Positions 1 to 9,276 of a DNA stretch of 64,000 bases are shown here, piece after piece. The notes under the pieces were generated by a model. The model was not told the origin of the DNA. It did no database searches and was given only the letters and a program-made list of their open reading frames with translations. Location: positions 2,382-66,381 of the forward strand of contig JBIIIC010000014.1 of NCBI GenBank assembly GCA_044235095.1, read 5' to 3'. How positions within the stretch are numbered: position 1 is the stretch's first letter; every line of letters begins with the position of its first letter. The position numbers and the translations under genes were made by a program. This DNA comes from Prochlorococcaceae cyanobacterium (GTDB taxonomy: Bacteria > Cyanobacteriota > Cyanobacteriia > PCC-6307 > Cyanobiaceae).

Positions 1-648
1 CACCAGCGCCAGGGGCCACAGCCCCCGCCCATCGGCCACAAACACCGGTGCCGCCACTGCGGCCGACACCAGTACCGCCAGGCTGCTGAGTCGGATCGCC
101 TGGTGCACGGGCATCTGCAGCAAGCGCACCATCAACGGCACCATCAACAGCCCGCCGCCCAAGCCCAACACCCCCGTGGAGGCCCCGGCCACCAGGCCCA
201 CAGCCGCCAGGGACACCAGCAGGCGCGGCGTTTCACGCCAGGCCGGCGCGCCCTGGACCTGGGGCCCCATCACCAGAGCCAGCACCAGATACATGGCCGC
301 CTGCAGCGCCAGCATCCACTGGCCCGACCAGACCCGTCCCCACCGGCTGAACAGCAGTCCCGCCGCACCTGCCCCCAGAGCGATCGCCAGGCCGGCGCGC
401 CAGGGCAGCTGACCGCTGCGCAGGTGGGACCAGGTGCCCCCCAGGGTGGTGGGCACGATCGCCAGGGTGCTGGTGGCCAGGGCCTGATGGGGGGCAAGCC
501 CCAAGGCCAGGAGCAAGGGGGAGAACAGCAGTCCCCCGCCGATTCCCAGCAGGCCCGACAGCAAGCCCGCCAACAGCCCCAGCGGCAGCAGGGGCAGCAG
601 ACTCCAGAGCGTCAGCTGCATGCTGGCGGTCCATCCAGGTCCGCTCAT
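1..648 (-). CDS. TauE/SafE (TSUP, DUF81-like) membrane permease; the 3' part runs off the window start
   Basis: Minus-strand frame is open from ATG at 648 (alternative ATG 621) to position 1. It is absent from the ORF track because it has no stop in the window. My translation: MSGPGWTASMQLTLWSLLPLLPLGLLAGLLSGLLGIGGGLLFSPLLLALGLAPHQA... This is a hydrophobic protein with the GIGGG pattern typical of TSUP permeases. Confidence 0.55.
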   Translation of the reverse strand, partial: MSGPGWTASMQLTLWSLLPLLPLGLLAGLLSGLLGIGGGLLFSPLLLALGLAPHQALATSTLAIVPTTLGGTWSHLRSGQLPWRAGLAIALGAGAAGLLFSRWGRVWSGQWMLALQAAMYLVLALVMGPQVQGAPAWRETPRLLVSLAAVGLVAGASTGVLGLGGGLLMVPLMVRLLQMPVHQAIRLSSLAVLVSAAVAAPVFVADGRGLWPLALV

Positions 649-663
649 TCTTGGCCCCGGCGT

Positions 664-1662
664 TCAGCGGTCCCCAGACAAGCCCTGGAAGCCGGCGGCT
701 GGATCCAGGCCCAGATGCCCGGCACTGAGGATCCAGAGTTCCCGTGCCAGAGGCTCGGAGCAGGCCTCCGGGCTCGGCTGGGTGGGCGCGAAGCGCAGTC
801 GGCCTGGCCCCAGAACCCGGTTGCTCCAGTAATGGAAACCGCTGGTCTGCGGCAGCGGATCCGAGGCCAGCCCCGCCAGAAGGGCGCCGGCCCGCGCAGG
901 GGTTTCCGTGAGACGGAGCAGATCCCGGGCCACAAGAGCAAACACCGCCTGGCCCAGGGGGTTGGTGCGGCGGCTCTCGCGGAAGAAGCCGCCGCTGCTG
1001 CGCGGAATCACCAGCCCGGGGCTCCAGGCCAGCACCGGCACCGGCCGGCCCAGCTCCCGCAACCGCCGCTCCAGCTCCCGGGCCATCAGCAGGTTGCAGA
1101 GCTTGCTGTCCTTGTAGGCCTTCTCGGCATTGAACACGGGGCTGCCATCGAGCAGCACCCCCCCCGGCCCCTGGCGCAGACCCGCCAGGGTGCCGAGCCC
1201 CGCGGGCTGGCCCACCCGACCGCCGGGCGTGCTGGGGTCGTGCACCTCCGAAGCCGTGACCACCAGCCGCGAGGCCTCGCTCTCCAGCAGCAGCGGCAGC
1301 AGTCGTTGAAGCAGCGCCTGATGGGCCAGATGGTTCACCGCCACGGTGAGCTCAAAGCCCTGGGCCGACCAGCGGGGCGCCGGGCTGCCGCTGTATTGCA
1401 GGCCGGCATTGAGCACCAGGGTGTCGATCGGCTCACCGGCAGTGAGCAACCCGGCGGCGCAGTGCTCCACGCTGACCAGATCGGCCAGATCACAGATGGG
1501 GGTGTGCACGGCACGCCCTAGGCGCTGGCGCAGGCCGGCCGCCGCCGTCGCATCGCGACAGGGCAGGGTGAGCCGATGGCCGGCAGCCAGCAGCGAGCGG
1601 GCGGCGGCATGGCCGATGCCGGAGCTGCCGCCGGTGAGCACGATGTGGCGACTGGGACTCAT
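664..1662 (-). CDS. Short-chain dehydrogenase/reductase, protochlorophyllide-reductase-like
   Basis: Internal ATG at 1662 of ORF 664..1725. N-terminal VLTGGSSGIG Rossmann motif and a YKDSKLCN catalytic motif as in POR-like SDRs. Confidence 0.8.
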   Translation of the reverse strand: MSPSRHIVLTGGSSGIGHAAARSLLAAGHRLTLPCRDATAAAGLRQRLGRAVHTPICDLADLVSVEHCAAGLLTAGEPIDTLVLNAGLQYSGSPAPRWSAQGFELTVAVNHLAHQALLQRLLPLLLESEASRLVVTASEVHDPSTPGGRVGQPAGLGTLAGLRQGPGGVLLDGSPVFNAEKAYKDSKLCNLLMARELERRLRELGRPVPVLAWSPGLVIPRSSGGFFRESRRTNPLGQAVFALVARDLLRLTETPARAGALLAGLASDPLPQTSGFHYWSNRVLGPGRLRFAPTQPSPEACSEPLARELWILSAGHLGLDPAAGFQGLSGDR

Positions 1663-1841
1663 GCTGCTGGTTTCCTCCTCACCGCGCGCTCGACAGCGGC
1701 CATTCTCCCGGCCTCCCCAGGGCACTGGCGGATGGCATCAACGCCTGGCCGTCTCGGATGGCTCAGACGATTTGCGATTTGATGCGCGGCCCTATGGCTG
1801 GAGCGGGCCCTCCATAGGGTTGAACCAGCCGGGGGAGTGCC

Positions 1842-2339
1842 ATGGCCACCCAACCGCCACTCACCGCGGCACAACTCACTGCGGCAACACCGCTGACCAG
1901 GGAGGAGTTGCTCACACAGTTGCTGTTGCTCTGCAACGGCCCGGGCGAGCGGCGCGACTTCGAGCGCTGGCCCGTGGACCTGCAGCTGGAAGCCTGGCTG
2001 CAGCTCGATGGGCACCCTGCCCCCCCGATCCCGGTGGACCTGCTCGACCTCAGCAGCGGCGGCGTGCAGGTGGTGCTCGCGGGCCCTCCCACGGTGTGGC
2101 CCGGCCGGGGCGGTGTGCTGATCACCGAGACCCGTGGCGGCGGTTGTGGCAGCCGCCGCGTTGAGTGCCGCTGGCAGCGGCCCCACCCGGAGCTCCCCCT
2201 CCGGCAGTGCCTGGGGCTGGCCTTTGCGCGGAGCTCAGGTGGCACGGCCATCGGTGGGATCCAGCCGCTCACCCAGCCAGGCCACCGGCAGCATCAGCAG
2301 CATGGGCAGGGCGCACACGAGCAGGTCCTGCCCGCCTAG
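1842..2339 (+). CDS. PilZ-domain protein (putative c-di-GMP binding)
   Basis: GGGGGAG lies 5 nt upstream of the ATG at 1842. The protein has RDFER (RxxxR) followed by DLSSGG (DxSxxG). Its 3' end overlaps the convergent ATPase gene by about 100 nt. Confidence 0.55.
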   Translation: MATQPPLTAAQLTAATPLTREELLTQLLLLCNGPGERRDFERWPVDLQLEAWLQLDGHPAPPIPVDLLDLSSGGVQVVLAGPPTVWPGRGGVLITETRGGGCGSRRVECRWQRPHPELPLRQCLGLAFARSSGGTAIGGIQPLTQPGHRQHQQHGQGAHEQVLPA

Positions 2340-4943
2340 CGGCGCGGTGCCGAAGAAGCGGTTCATCAGCGACGTCTGGCTGAAGATCCACTGCACTGCC
2401 ACGGTGCCGGCGATCCCCCAGAGCACGGCCGGAGCCTGACACAGGGCGCGCCAGCCCTGGCGCGTCAGCGCTAGCAGACCATCGCGCAGCTGGCTGATGC
2501 TGGCCAGATACACCAGATAGGCCAGCACCAGACCCTGCACGGCCATGGTGCGTGCCAGGGCCAGATCGCCACTGCGCTGCTCGCTCCAGAAGAACAGCCC
2601 GAAGATCAGCGCCCAGTTGAACAGCGACACCACCAGCACCCGCCGGATCAGGCCGCCGGTGAGCAGCGGCTGCTCGGGGGGCCGGGGCGGCTGGGCCATC
2701 AGCTGCGGGGCGATCGGCTCGAACGCCAGCGCGATCGACATCGTGAGCGAGGTGACCATGTTGAGCCAGAGCACCTGCAGGGCCGTGACCGGCAGCGGGG
2801 TGCCCAGCACCGCCCCGAGCAGGATCGTCATCGAGGCACCGCCATTCACCGGCAGCACGAAGGCCAGGGTCTTGCGCAGGTTGAGGTACACACTGCGGCC
2901 CTCCTCCACCGCTGCCTCGATCGTGGCGAAGTTGTCGTCGGTGAGAAGCATGTCGGCCGCCTGGCGCGCCACCTCGGTGCCGCCCTCACCCATGGCGATG
3001 CCGATGTCGGCCTGCTTGAGCGCCGGCGCATCGTTGACGCCATCACCCGTCATCGCCACCACCTCGCCGTTGGCCTGCAGAGCCCGCACCAGCTCAAGCT
3101 TCTGGGCCGGCGCCACCCGGGCAAACACATCAACCCGCTCCACCAGCTCGGCCAGGGCGTCGGGGGTGAGTGCGGCCAGCTGACGGCCATCAACCGCCTC
3201 CAGCTCCTGGGCCTGCAGCTTCGGGCCGGCCAGCCCTTCGGAACGGCCGACCGGTTTGCCGATACCCATCTGGTGGGCGATGGCACGAGCCGTGTCGAGG
3301 TGGTCGCCGGTGATCATCTTCACGCGGATGCCGGCGGCCTGGCAGGCGGCCACAGCCCGGATCGCCTCGGCACGGGGTGGATCGAGCATCCCCTGCAGGC
3401 CCAGGAAATCCAGGTTGGCCGCCACATGGTGATGCTCCAGCTGGTCGAGGCTGGGATCGGCCTGACCGATGGCAAAAGCCAGCACCCGCTCACCCTGCGC
3501 CGCCATCCTGGCCACGGCCGCCTCAATGGCACCGCGGTTGAGGGGCTGGAGCTGGCCGGCGGGATCGAGCTGGCGGCTGCAGCGCTGCAGCACCGCCTCC
3601 ACCGAACCCTTCAGCAGGATCCGCTCACTGCCATGCAGGGTGGCCATGAACTGCTGTTCGGATTCAAATGGGATCGCATCACGGCGTGGGTGCAGGCTGA
3701 GGGCTGCCTGGCGATCGATGCCGGCCGCATCGGCGGCCACCAGCAGCGCCGTTTCGGTGGGGTCGCCCACCAGTCCTTCCTGGCTGCTGGGCCGGGCATC
3801 GTTGCAGAGCAGTCCGGCCAGGAGGGTTTCCTGCAGGGCCGCGTTCAGCTGCCCCGTGGTGCCATCACCGGGCCAGAGCTCCTCCACCGCCACCAGTGCC
3901 CCGCCGCCATAGAGATGCCGCACCGTCATCCGGTTCTGGGTGAGGGTGCCGGTCTTGTCGGAACAGATCACCGTGGTGCTGCCCAGCGACTCCACCGCCG
4001 GCAGCTTGCGGATGATCGCCCGCCGTCGCGCCATCCGATTCACGCCGATCGCCAGGGTGATCGTGACGATCGCTGGCAACTCCTCCGGGATCGCACCCAC
4101 CGCCAGGGCAACGGCCCCATCAAACATTTCCTCAGCGCCGCGGCCCCGCACCAACCCCACCAGGAAGGTGAGGCCCGCCAGTACCAGGATCGCCTTGAGC
4201 AGGGTGCGGCTGAAGCGCGTGAACTTGCGGGTGAGAGGCGTGGAGAGGTTCACCTGCTCCTGCAGGGAGGTGGAGATGCGACCCACCTCGGTGCCATCGC
4301 CGGTGGTCACCACCATCCCCAGAGCCACCCCGGCGGTGACAAAACTGCCGGCATAGGTCATGCCGATGCGCTCGGCCAGGGGCGCCTCCAGCTCCACGGC
4401 GGTGGTGCCCTTGGCCACCGGCAACGATTCACCGGTGAGCGCCGATTCATCGGTGTGGAGGTTGCGGCTTTGCAGCAACCGCAGATCTGCAGGCACCCGG
4501 GCGCCCGCTTCCAACAACACCAGATCCCCCGGCACCAGGCGCTCGGAAGGCAACCGCTGCCGCACCCCGTCGCGGATCGCCTCCACCTCCGTGCGCACCG
4601 CGCTGGAGAGGGCGGCGATGGCACTTTCGGCCTTGCTCTCCTGCACGAAGCCGATCAGGGCATTGATCACCGTGACACTCCAGATCACCAGGGCATCACG
4701 GGTGTCGCCTAGCAGCAGCTTCACCACGCCCACCACCAGGAGGGTGATCAGCAGCGGGTTGTTGAACTGCAGCAGAAACTTGAACCAGCCGGCCTGGCCG
4801 CCGCGGTCGGTGAGCGTGTTGGGGCCGAGCTGGTGAAGGCGCCGCAGGGCCTCAACCGAGCTCAGGCCGGTGCCGGCATCACTCTGAAGAGCCGCCACCA
4901 CTGCTGCGCAGGGCTGGGCATGGGCAGCAGACAACGGCGGCAT
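2235..4943 (-). CDS. P-type cation-transporting ATPase (P2-type, Ca2+/cation pump-like)
   Basis: 902 aa with CSDKTGTLTQNRM phosphorylation motif, TGD and GDGVNDAPALKQADIGIAMG hinge motifs, and multiple TM segments. Confidence 0.92.
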   Translation of the reverse strand: MPPLSAAHAQPCAAVVAALQSDAGTGLSSVEALRRLHQLGPNTLTDRGGQAGWFKFLLQFNNPLLITLLVVGVVKLLLGDTRDALVIWSVTVINALIGFVQESKAESAIAALSSAVRTEVEAIRDGVRQRLPSERLVPGDLVLLEAGARVPADLRLLQSRNLHTDESALTGESLPVAKGTTAVELEAPLAERIGMTYAGSFVTAGVALGMVVTTGDGTEVGRISTSLQEQVNLSTPLTRKFTRFSRTLLKAILVLAGLTFLVGLVRGRGAEEMFDGAVALAVGAIPEELPAIVTITLAIGVNRMARRRAIIRKLPAVESLGSTTVICSDKTGTLTQNRMTVRHLYGGGALVAVEELWPGDGTTGQLNAALQETLLAGLLCNDARPSSQEGLVGDPTETALLVAADAAGIDRQAALSLHPRRDAIPFESEQQFMATLHGSERILLKGSVEAVLQRCSRQLDPAGQLQPLNRGAIEAAVARMAAQGERVLAFAIGQADPSLDQLEHHHVAANLDFLGLQGMLDPPRAEAIRAVAACQAAGIRVKMITGDHLDTARAIAHQMGIGKPVGRSEGLAGPKLQAQELEAVDGRQLAALTPDALAELVERVDVFARVAPAQKLELVRALQANGEVVAMTGDGVNDAPALKQADIGIAMGEGGTEVARQAADMLLTDDNFATIEAAVEEGRSVYLNLRKTLAFVLPVNGGASMTILLGAVLGTPLPVTALQVLWLNMVTSLTMSIALAFEPIAPQLMAQPPRPPEQPLLTGGLIRRVLVVSLFNWALIFGLFFWSEQRSGDLALARTMAVQGLVLAYLVYLASISQLRDGLLALTRQGWRALCQAPAVLWGIAGTVAVQWIFSQTSLMNRFFGTAPLGGQDLLVCALPMLLMLPVAWLGERLDPTDGRAT

Positions 4944-4989
4944 GACAGCAGCGCGGCGCTCAGCACCACCCTGGCGCGTTTCCAGCAGC

Positions 4990-5193
4990 TCAGCCGAGGC
5001 TGGCGGCCCGATTCGCCAGGGCGCTGCTCAGGGCTGCATCCACGGCAACCAGCCGCTCCAGCACCAACTGCACGTCGAGCGCAGTGAGTTCACCGTCGGC
5101 ACTCCACTTCATGCAGGTGCGCCCCAGACAGGTGGGTTCCGCCTGGGCATCAGCGCCGGCTGGAGGCTGGAACGGGGGCTGAATCTGGGCCAT
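4990..5193 (-). CDS. Small hypothetical protein (67 aa), upstream of and on the same strand as the P-type ATPase
   Basis: AAGGAGG (reverse complement of 5201-5207) lies 7 nt upstream of the ATG at 5193. Stop at 4990, 46 nt before the ATPase start. Product: MAQIQPPFQPPAGADAQAEPTCLGRTCMKWSADGELTALDVQLVLERLVAVDAALSSALANRAASLG. No family recognised. Confidence 0.45.
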   Translation of the reverse strand: MAQIQPPFQPPAGADAQAEPTCLGRTCMKWSADGELTALDVQLVLERLVAVDAALSSALANRAASLG

Positions 5194-5313
5194 GACAGGC
5201 CCTCCTTGTGTTCTGAAACCACAATAAAAAGGAGGCGTGCGCCCCAATACCCCCTTTCGGGAGCAGTTGCAAGTAGTGGTCTTAGGGTCAACACCCGGAA
5301 GCCTGTCAAGCCG

Positions 5314-7461
5314 ATGAGCAAGCCAGTCCTGCCCCCGGAGCTCTACATCAACCGGGAGCTGAGCTGGCTGCAGTTCAATCGGCGGGTGCTGGCCCAGGCA
5401 CTGGATGAGCGCACGCCTCTGCTGGAGCAGGCGAAATTCAGCGCCATCTTCAGCAACAACCTCGACGAATTCTTCATGGTTCGCGTGGCCTCGCTCAAGT
5501 CGCAGCTGGAGGCCGGCGTGAGCGAACTGAGCGACGACGGGCGCACCCCCCGCCAGCAGCTCGATGCCATCCAGGAGGACCTGCGCCCCCTGCTCAGCCT
5601 GCAGCAGCAGCACTACCGCCATTTCCTTAAACCCCACCTGGCGGAATATGGCGTGCAGGTGCTCGACTACCGCCAACTCAACGCCGCGCAGAAGAACTGG
5701 GCCGACGACTACTTCCGTCGCGCCATCTTCCCGGTGCTCACGCCGCTGGCCGTGGATCCGGCCCACCCGTTCCCGTTCATGAGCAACCTCAGCCTCAACG
5801 TGGCGGCTGAGATCAGTGATCCCGACACCGGCCAGCAGCAATTTGCCCGCATCAAGGTGCCGCAGAAGATTCTGCCGCGCTTCGTGCAACTCCCTGCGGA
5901 GCTGAGTGCTCAGGATCCCAGGCCGGTGTTTGTGGCGGTGCCGCTCGAGCAGCTGGTGGCCTTCAACCTGCAGCTGCTGTTTCCCGGCATGACCGTGGAG
6001 GGGCACTACTTCTTCCGGGTCACCCGCGATGCCGACCTGGAACTGCGCGACCTGGAAGCCGACGACCTGATGGAGTCGCTCCAGGAGGGGCTGCGCAAGC
6101 GCCGGCTGGGCGGCGAGGTGGTGCGCCTGGAGGTGGCCGACGAGATGCCCGAGCGCGTGATCCAGCAGCTGATCGAGGGCACAGGCGTGGAACCCGCCGA
6201 CCTCTACCGGATCAATGGCCCCCTGGGTCTCGACGACCTGATGGGACTGTTGGCCATTTCTCTGCCCAGCCTCAAGGACAAGCCCTACACCGGCCGCACC
6301 AGCAAGGCCCTGGCCCGCGCCCAGCGCAGTCAGCTGCAGGACGGCTCGATCAAGGAAGAGGAATTCGAGAGCATCTTCCGGGTGCTGCGCCAGCGCGATG
6401 TGCTGCTGCACCACCCCTTCGATCTGTTTGCCACCTCGGTGGAGGAATTTCTCAACCAGGCCGCCGACGATCGGGATGTGCTGGCGATCAAGATGACGCT
6501 CTACCGCACCAGCAAGGGCTCACCGATCATCGCCGCCCTGATCCGCGCCGCCGAAAAGGGCAAGCAGGTGATGGCCCTGGTGGAACTGAAAGCCCGCTTC
6601 GATGAAGACAGCAACATCCAGTGGGCCCGCCAACTGGAGAGCGCGGGGGTGCATGTGGTGTATGGCGTGCTGGGGCTGAAGACCCACACCAAGGTGATGC
6701 TGGTGGTGCGACGTGAGAAACAGAATCTGCGCACCTACGTGCACATTGGCACCGGCAACTACAACTCCAAGACTTCGAGCCTCTACACCGACTACGGCCT
6801 GCTCAGCTGCCGCCCCGACCTGGGAGCCGATCTGGTCGAATTGTTCAACTACCTCACCGGTTTTTCCAAACAGCAGAGCTTCCGCAAGCTGCTGGTGGCA
6901 CCGGTGACCCTGCGCAAGGGCATCGAGGAGCGCATCCGCCGCGAAATCGACTTCGCCCGTTCAGGTCGGGGCGGACGCATCCGCGCCAAGATGAATGCCC
7001 TTGTGGATCCGGCGATCATCGCCCTGCTCTACGAGGCCTCCCAGGCCGGGGTGGAGATCGACCTGGTGGTGCGCGGCATGTGCAGCCTGGTGCCCGGGAT
7101 GCCGGGCGTGAGTGAAACCATCCGGGTGGTGAGCGTGATCGGCCGCTTCCTGGAGCACTCACGGCTCTACTGGTTCGGCAATGGCGGCGAGCCCGAGATC
7201 TTCATCGGCAGCGCCGACTGGATGCCGCGCAACCTCGACCGACGGGTGGAGGCCCTCACCCCGATCGAGGATCTGGAGCTGCGCCTGCGCCTGGAGCAAC
7301 TGCTCGATCTCTACCTCAACGACAACCGCTCCGCCTGGGACATGCAGAGCGATGGCAGCTTCGTGATGCGGCAACCCGAGGGCGAGGAGCGCCAGGTACA
7401 ACGCCAAATGATGGAATGCTGGCGCGGGGGCGTGCTGCAACTGGAAAGCGGCGCCAGCTGA
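5314..7461 (+). CDS. ppk: Polyphosphate kinase 1
   Basis: Internal ATG at 5314 of ORF 4942..7461 gives MSKPVLPPELYINRELSWLQFNRRVL, the typical PPK1 N-terminus. 715 aa with PLD-like HxK-type C-terminal domains (THTKVMLVVRRE, EHSR). Confidence 0.95.
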   Translation: MSKPVLPPELYINRELSWLQFNRRVLAQALDERTPLLEQAKFSAIFSNNLDEFFMVRVASLKSQLEAGVSELSDDGRTPRQQLDAIQEDLRPLLSLQQQHYRHFLKPHLAEYGVQVLDYRQLNAAQKNWADDYFRRAIFPVLTPLAVDPAHPFPFMSNLSLNVAAEISDPDTGQQQFARIKVPQKILPRFVQLPAELSAQDPRPVFVAVPLEQLVAFNLQLLFPGMTVEGHYFFRVTRDADLELRDLEADDLMESLQEGLRKRRLGGEVVRLEVADEMPERVIQQLIEGTGVEPADLYRINGPLGLDDLMGLLAISLPSLKDKPYTGRTSKALARAQRSQLQDGSIKEEEFESIFRVLRQRDVLLHHPFDLFATSVEEFLNQAADDRDVLAIKMTLYRTSKGSPIIAALIRAAEKGKQVMALVELKARFDEDSNIQWARQLESAGVHVVYGVLGLKTHTKVMLVVRREKQNLRTYVHIGTGNYNSKTSSLYTDYGLLSCRPDLGADLVELFNYLTGFSKQQSFRKLLVAPVTLRKGIEERIRREIDFARSGRGGRIRAKMNALVDPAIIALLYEASQAGVEIDLVVRGMCSLVPGMPGVSETIRVVSVIGRFLEHSRLYWFGNGGEPEIFIGSADWMPRNLDRRVEALTPIEDLELRLRLEQLLDLYLNDNRSAWDMQSDGSFVMRQPEGEERQVQRQMMECWRGGVLQLESGAS

Positions 7462-7481
7462 ACCGGCACCGCCAGCAACCG

Positions 7482-7518
7482 GAGGTGAATGGAGCCCTCA
7501 AGCGGCTCCATTCACCTC
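7482..7518. terminator. Perfect 15-bp stem-loop between convergent ppk and a small minus-strand ORF
   Basis: GAGGTGAATGGAGCC (7482-7496), loop CTCAAGC, GGCTCCATTCACCTC (7504-7518). No U-tract, and it overlaps the last codons of the minus-strand ORF. Confidence 0.4.
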
Positions 7519-7731
7519 ACGCGCCAACAGGGCGTAGAGATAGTCGGGCTGGCGGTATTGGGTGGGCAGGCAGTTGTGCAGAGTCTCCAGGCGTTGCCAG
7601 CACACGGTGCGACGCACTTTGGCGATCGATTTACCCTCACGGATCAGCAATCTCAGTGCCTTGCAATAAAGGGAATAGTTGGCTTCCAGTTCTCCGATCG
7701 TGAGGCTTGGGGCGGGGAGGGTGCTGGTCAT
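7498..7731 (-). CDS. Hypothetical small protein (77 aa from ATG 7731; alternative GTG 7815 preceded by GGAAGGAG)
   Basis: ORF 7498..7869 lies in a locally lower-GC stretch. Product: MTSTLPAPSLTIGELEANYSLYCKALRLLIREGKSIAKVRRTVCWQRLETLHNCLPTQYRQPDYLYALLAREVNGAA. No family recognised. Confidence 0.4.
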   Translation of the reverse strand: MTSTLPAPSLTIGELEANYSLYCKALRLLIREGKSIAKVRRTVCWQRLETLHNCLPTQYRQPDYLYALLAREVNGAA

Positions 7732-7891
7732 TGTGCGGGCGTTCAACTGCGTAACAGGCTGGGCAAACCGCCGCACCGGCGGTCGGATGCAACAGCGCAG
7801 AACCCTTGTGGGCACAGCGATCACTCTCCTTCCGACAGCGACCCGAGCGAGCCCCCCATTCGGGGACATTTAGCCCCGGAAACCAACTGAT

Positions 7892-8578
7892 TCAGAGCTG
7901 GACCATGCCGCAACGCATACCCTTAAGCACGGCCTGCAATCGGTTATTGACGTCCAAGGTCTTGAGCAGGCGCTTGGTGTAAGTCTTTGCTGTTTCCTCG
8001 CTCACCACGAGCTTTTCGGCGATCTCCCGGTCGGTGAGACCACTGGCGAGCAGATCGAGCACCTCGTATTCGCGCTTGGTAAGCCGCGGGCAGCTCAGGT
8101 AAGGCAGGTTGCCGGAGCGCAGCGACGGGCTGCGGTAGCTGTGGTGGCCCATCACCGCCATCACGGCAGCCTGCAGGGGACGCTGGTCGCCGATGAAGTC
8201 GGCCTCGGCCACCACCGCCTCCAGCCAGGCGGCATCCACGTATTGGGCCGGGATCACATCACCGAGGGCCAGCACCACCACCTTGAGGCTGGGCTGGGCC
8301 TCCCGGGCCTTGCGGGCCAGCTCGAAACCGCTGCCACTCTCGAGGTAGTCGGTGCAGATCAGCAGCTCATAGGGCTCGCGCGCCAGATAGCCGAGGCAGG
8401 TGGGCTCATCGGTCACGGCACAGCCGATGTGGGTGCGGTCGTGAAACGACTCACACACCGAGCGCAGCAGGAAGCGCCCCTTCATGGCGATCGCCACCTT
8501 GCCCCGGATCGCCACCGACAGCAGCACCTGATCCAGGGTGGTGCCTTCCAGGGTGCTGAGAAAGGGGGTGAGGTCCAT
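7892..8578 (-). CDS. LuxR/NarL-type transcriptional regulator with an atypical receiver-like N-terminal domain
   Basis: Internal ATG at 8578. C-terminal LTKREYEVLDLLASGLTDREIAEKLVVSEETAKTYTKRLLKTL is a LuxR-type HTH. The N-terminal domain keeps a candidate Asp (LLICTDYLESGSG) but lacks the acidic DD pair. Confidence 0.8.
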   Translation of the reverse strand: MDLTPFLSTLEGTTLDQVLLSVAIRGKVAIAMKGRFLLRSVCESFHDRTHIGCAVTDEPTCLGYLAREPYELLICTDYLESGSGFELARKAREAQPSLKVVVLALGDVIPAQYVDAAWLEAVVAEADFIGDQRPLQAAVMAVMGHHSYRSPSLRSGNLPYLSCPRLTKREYEVLDLLASGLTDREIAEKLVVSEETAKTYTKRLLKTLDVNNRLQAVLKGMRCGMVQL

Positions 8579-8679
8579 GAACCTCCTCCTGGCAGGCCGG
8601 CAGCAGTGCTCCGGATCCGGCACCAACCTAGGCAGCAGCCTTCCCCACCGAGCCAATTACCCCCAGATGGGGACACCCC

Positions 8680-9276
8680 GTGATGACCACTCCCGCCTCC
8701 CGATCCACATCGGGGTTGCCCTCAACCCCACGCCCGCCTGCCGATGCTCCCGCTGGAGCGAAGCTGCTGGAGCTGGAGCGCCGCAGCCGCCAGCTGGGCA
8801 GCGGTATCAGCGCCGACCAGCTGGTGGGCGAATGGCGGCTGGATCAGCTGTGGAGCAAACGGGAGGCCACACCCCAGGAGGGTGCGGCGGCCCTGCTGCG
8901 CGGCCTGCAGGCCTGCCTGGCCATCGAGCTGCCTAACGCTCACGGGGTGTCGAGCGGTGACACGCCCAACGGCCTGCAGCTGCGCAACAGCGTGCAGCTG
9001 GGCCCTGTGCAGCTGCGCTTCCTCGGCCCGGGTGAGCTGCGGGGCCGCAGACCGCTGCTGGTGTTTCACTTCAGCCTCTGGCAGCTGGTGTGGGGGGAGC
9101 GGGTGCTGGCGTCGGGCCAGCTGGCCGCGCCAGCACCCCGGCGGCAGCCCTTCTTTGCCCTGATCGCCTGCAGTACGGCAGCCAACGAGAGCGGCACGGC
9201 CTGGCTGGCGGCCCGGGGCCGGGGCGGCGGCCTGGCCCTGTGGCGACGCCAGCAGCGCAGTGAGGCGCCGAATTAA
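8680..9276 (+). CDS. Hypothetical protein
   Basis: 198-aa ORF with a GTG/ATG start. It shares a TTAA stop overlap with convergent hypE. No motif recognised. Confidence 0.45.
   Translation: MMTTPASRSTSGLPSTPRPPADAPAGAKLLELERRSRQLGSGISADQLVGEWRLDQLWSKREATPQEGAAALLRGLQACLAIELPNAHGVSSGDTPNGLQLRNSVQLGPVQLRFLGPGELRGRRPLLVFHFSLWQLVWGERVLASGQLAAPAPRRQPFFALIACSTAANESGTAWLAARGRGGGLALWRRQQRSEAPN

Noticed and set aside
103-1521. 472-aa plus-strand ORF rich in Q, H, R, P and G
   Set aside because: It lies antisense to the TSUP permease and the SDR gene. The product is low complexity with no domain signature.
4942-5313. 124-aa N-terminal extension of ppk in the track ORF
   Set aside because: The canonical PPK1 N-terminus (MSKPVLPPELYINRELSWLQFN) begins at 5314. 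The extension would overlap the ATPase start and the SD-preceded small ORF on the other strand.
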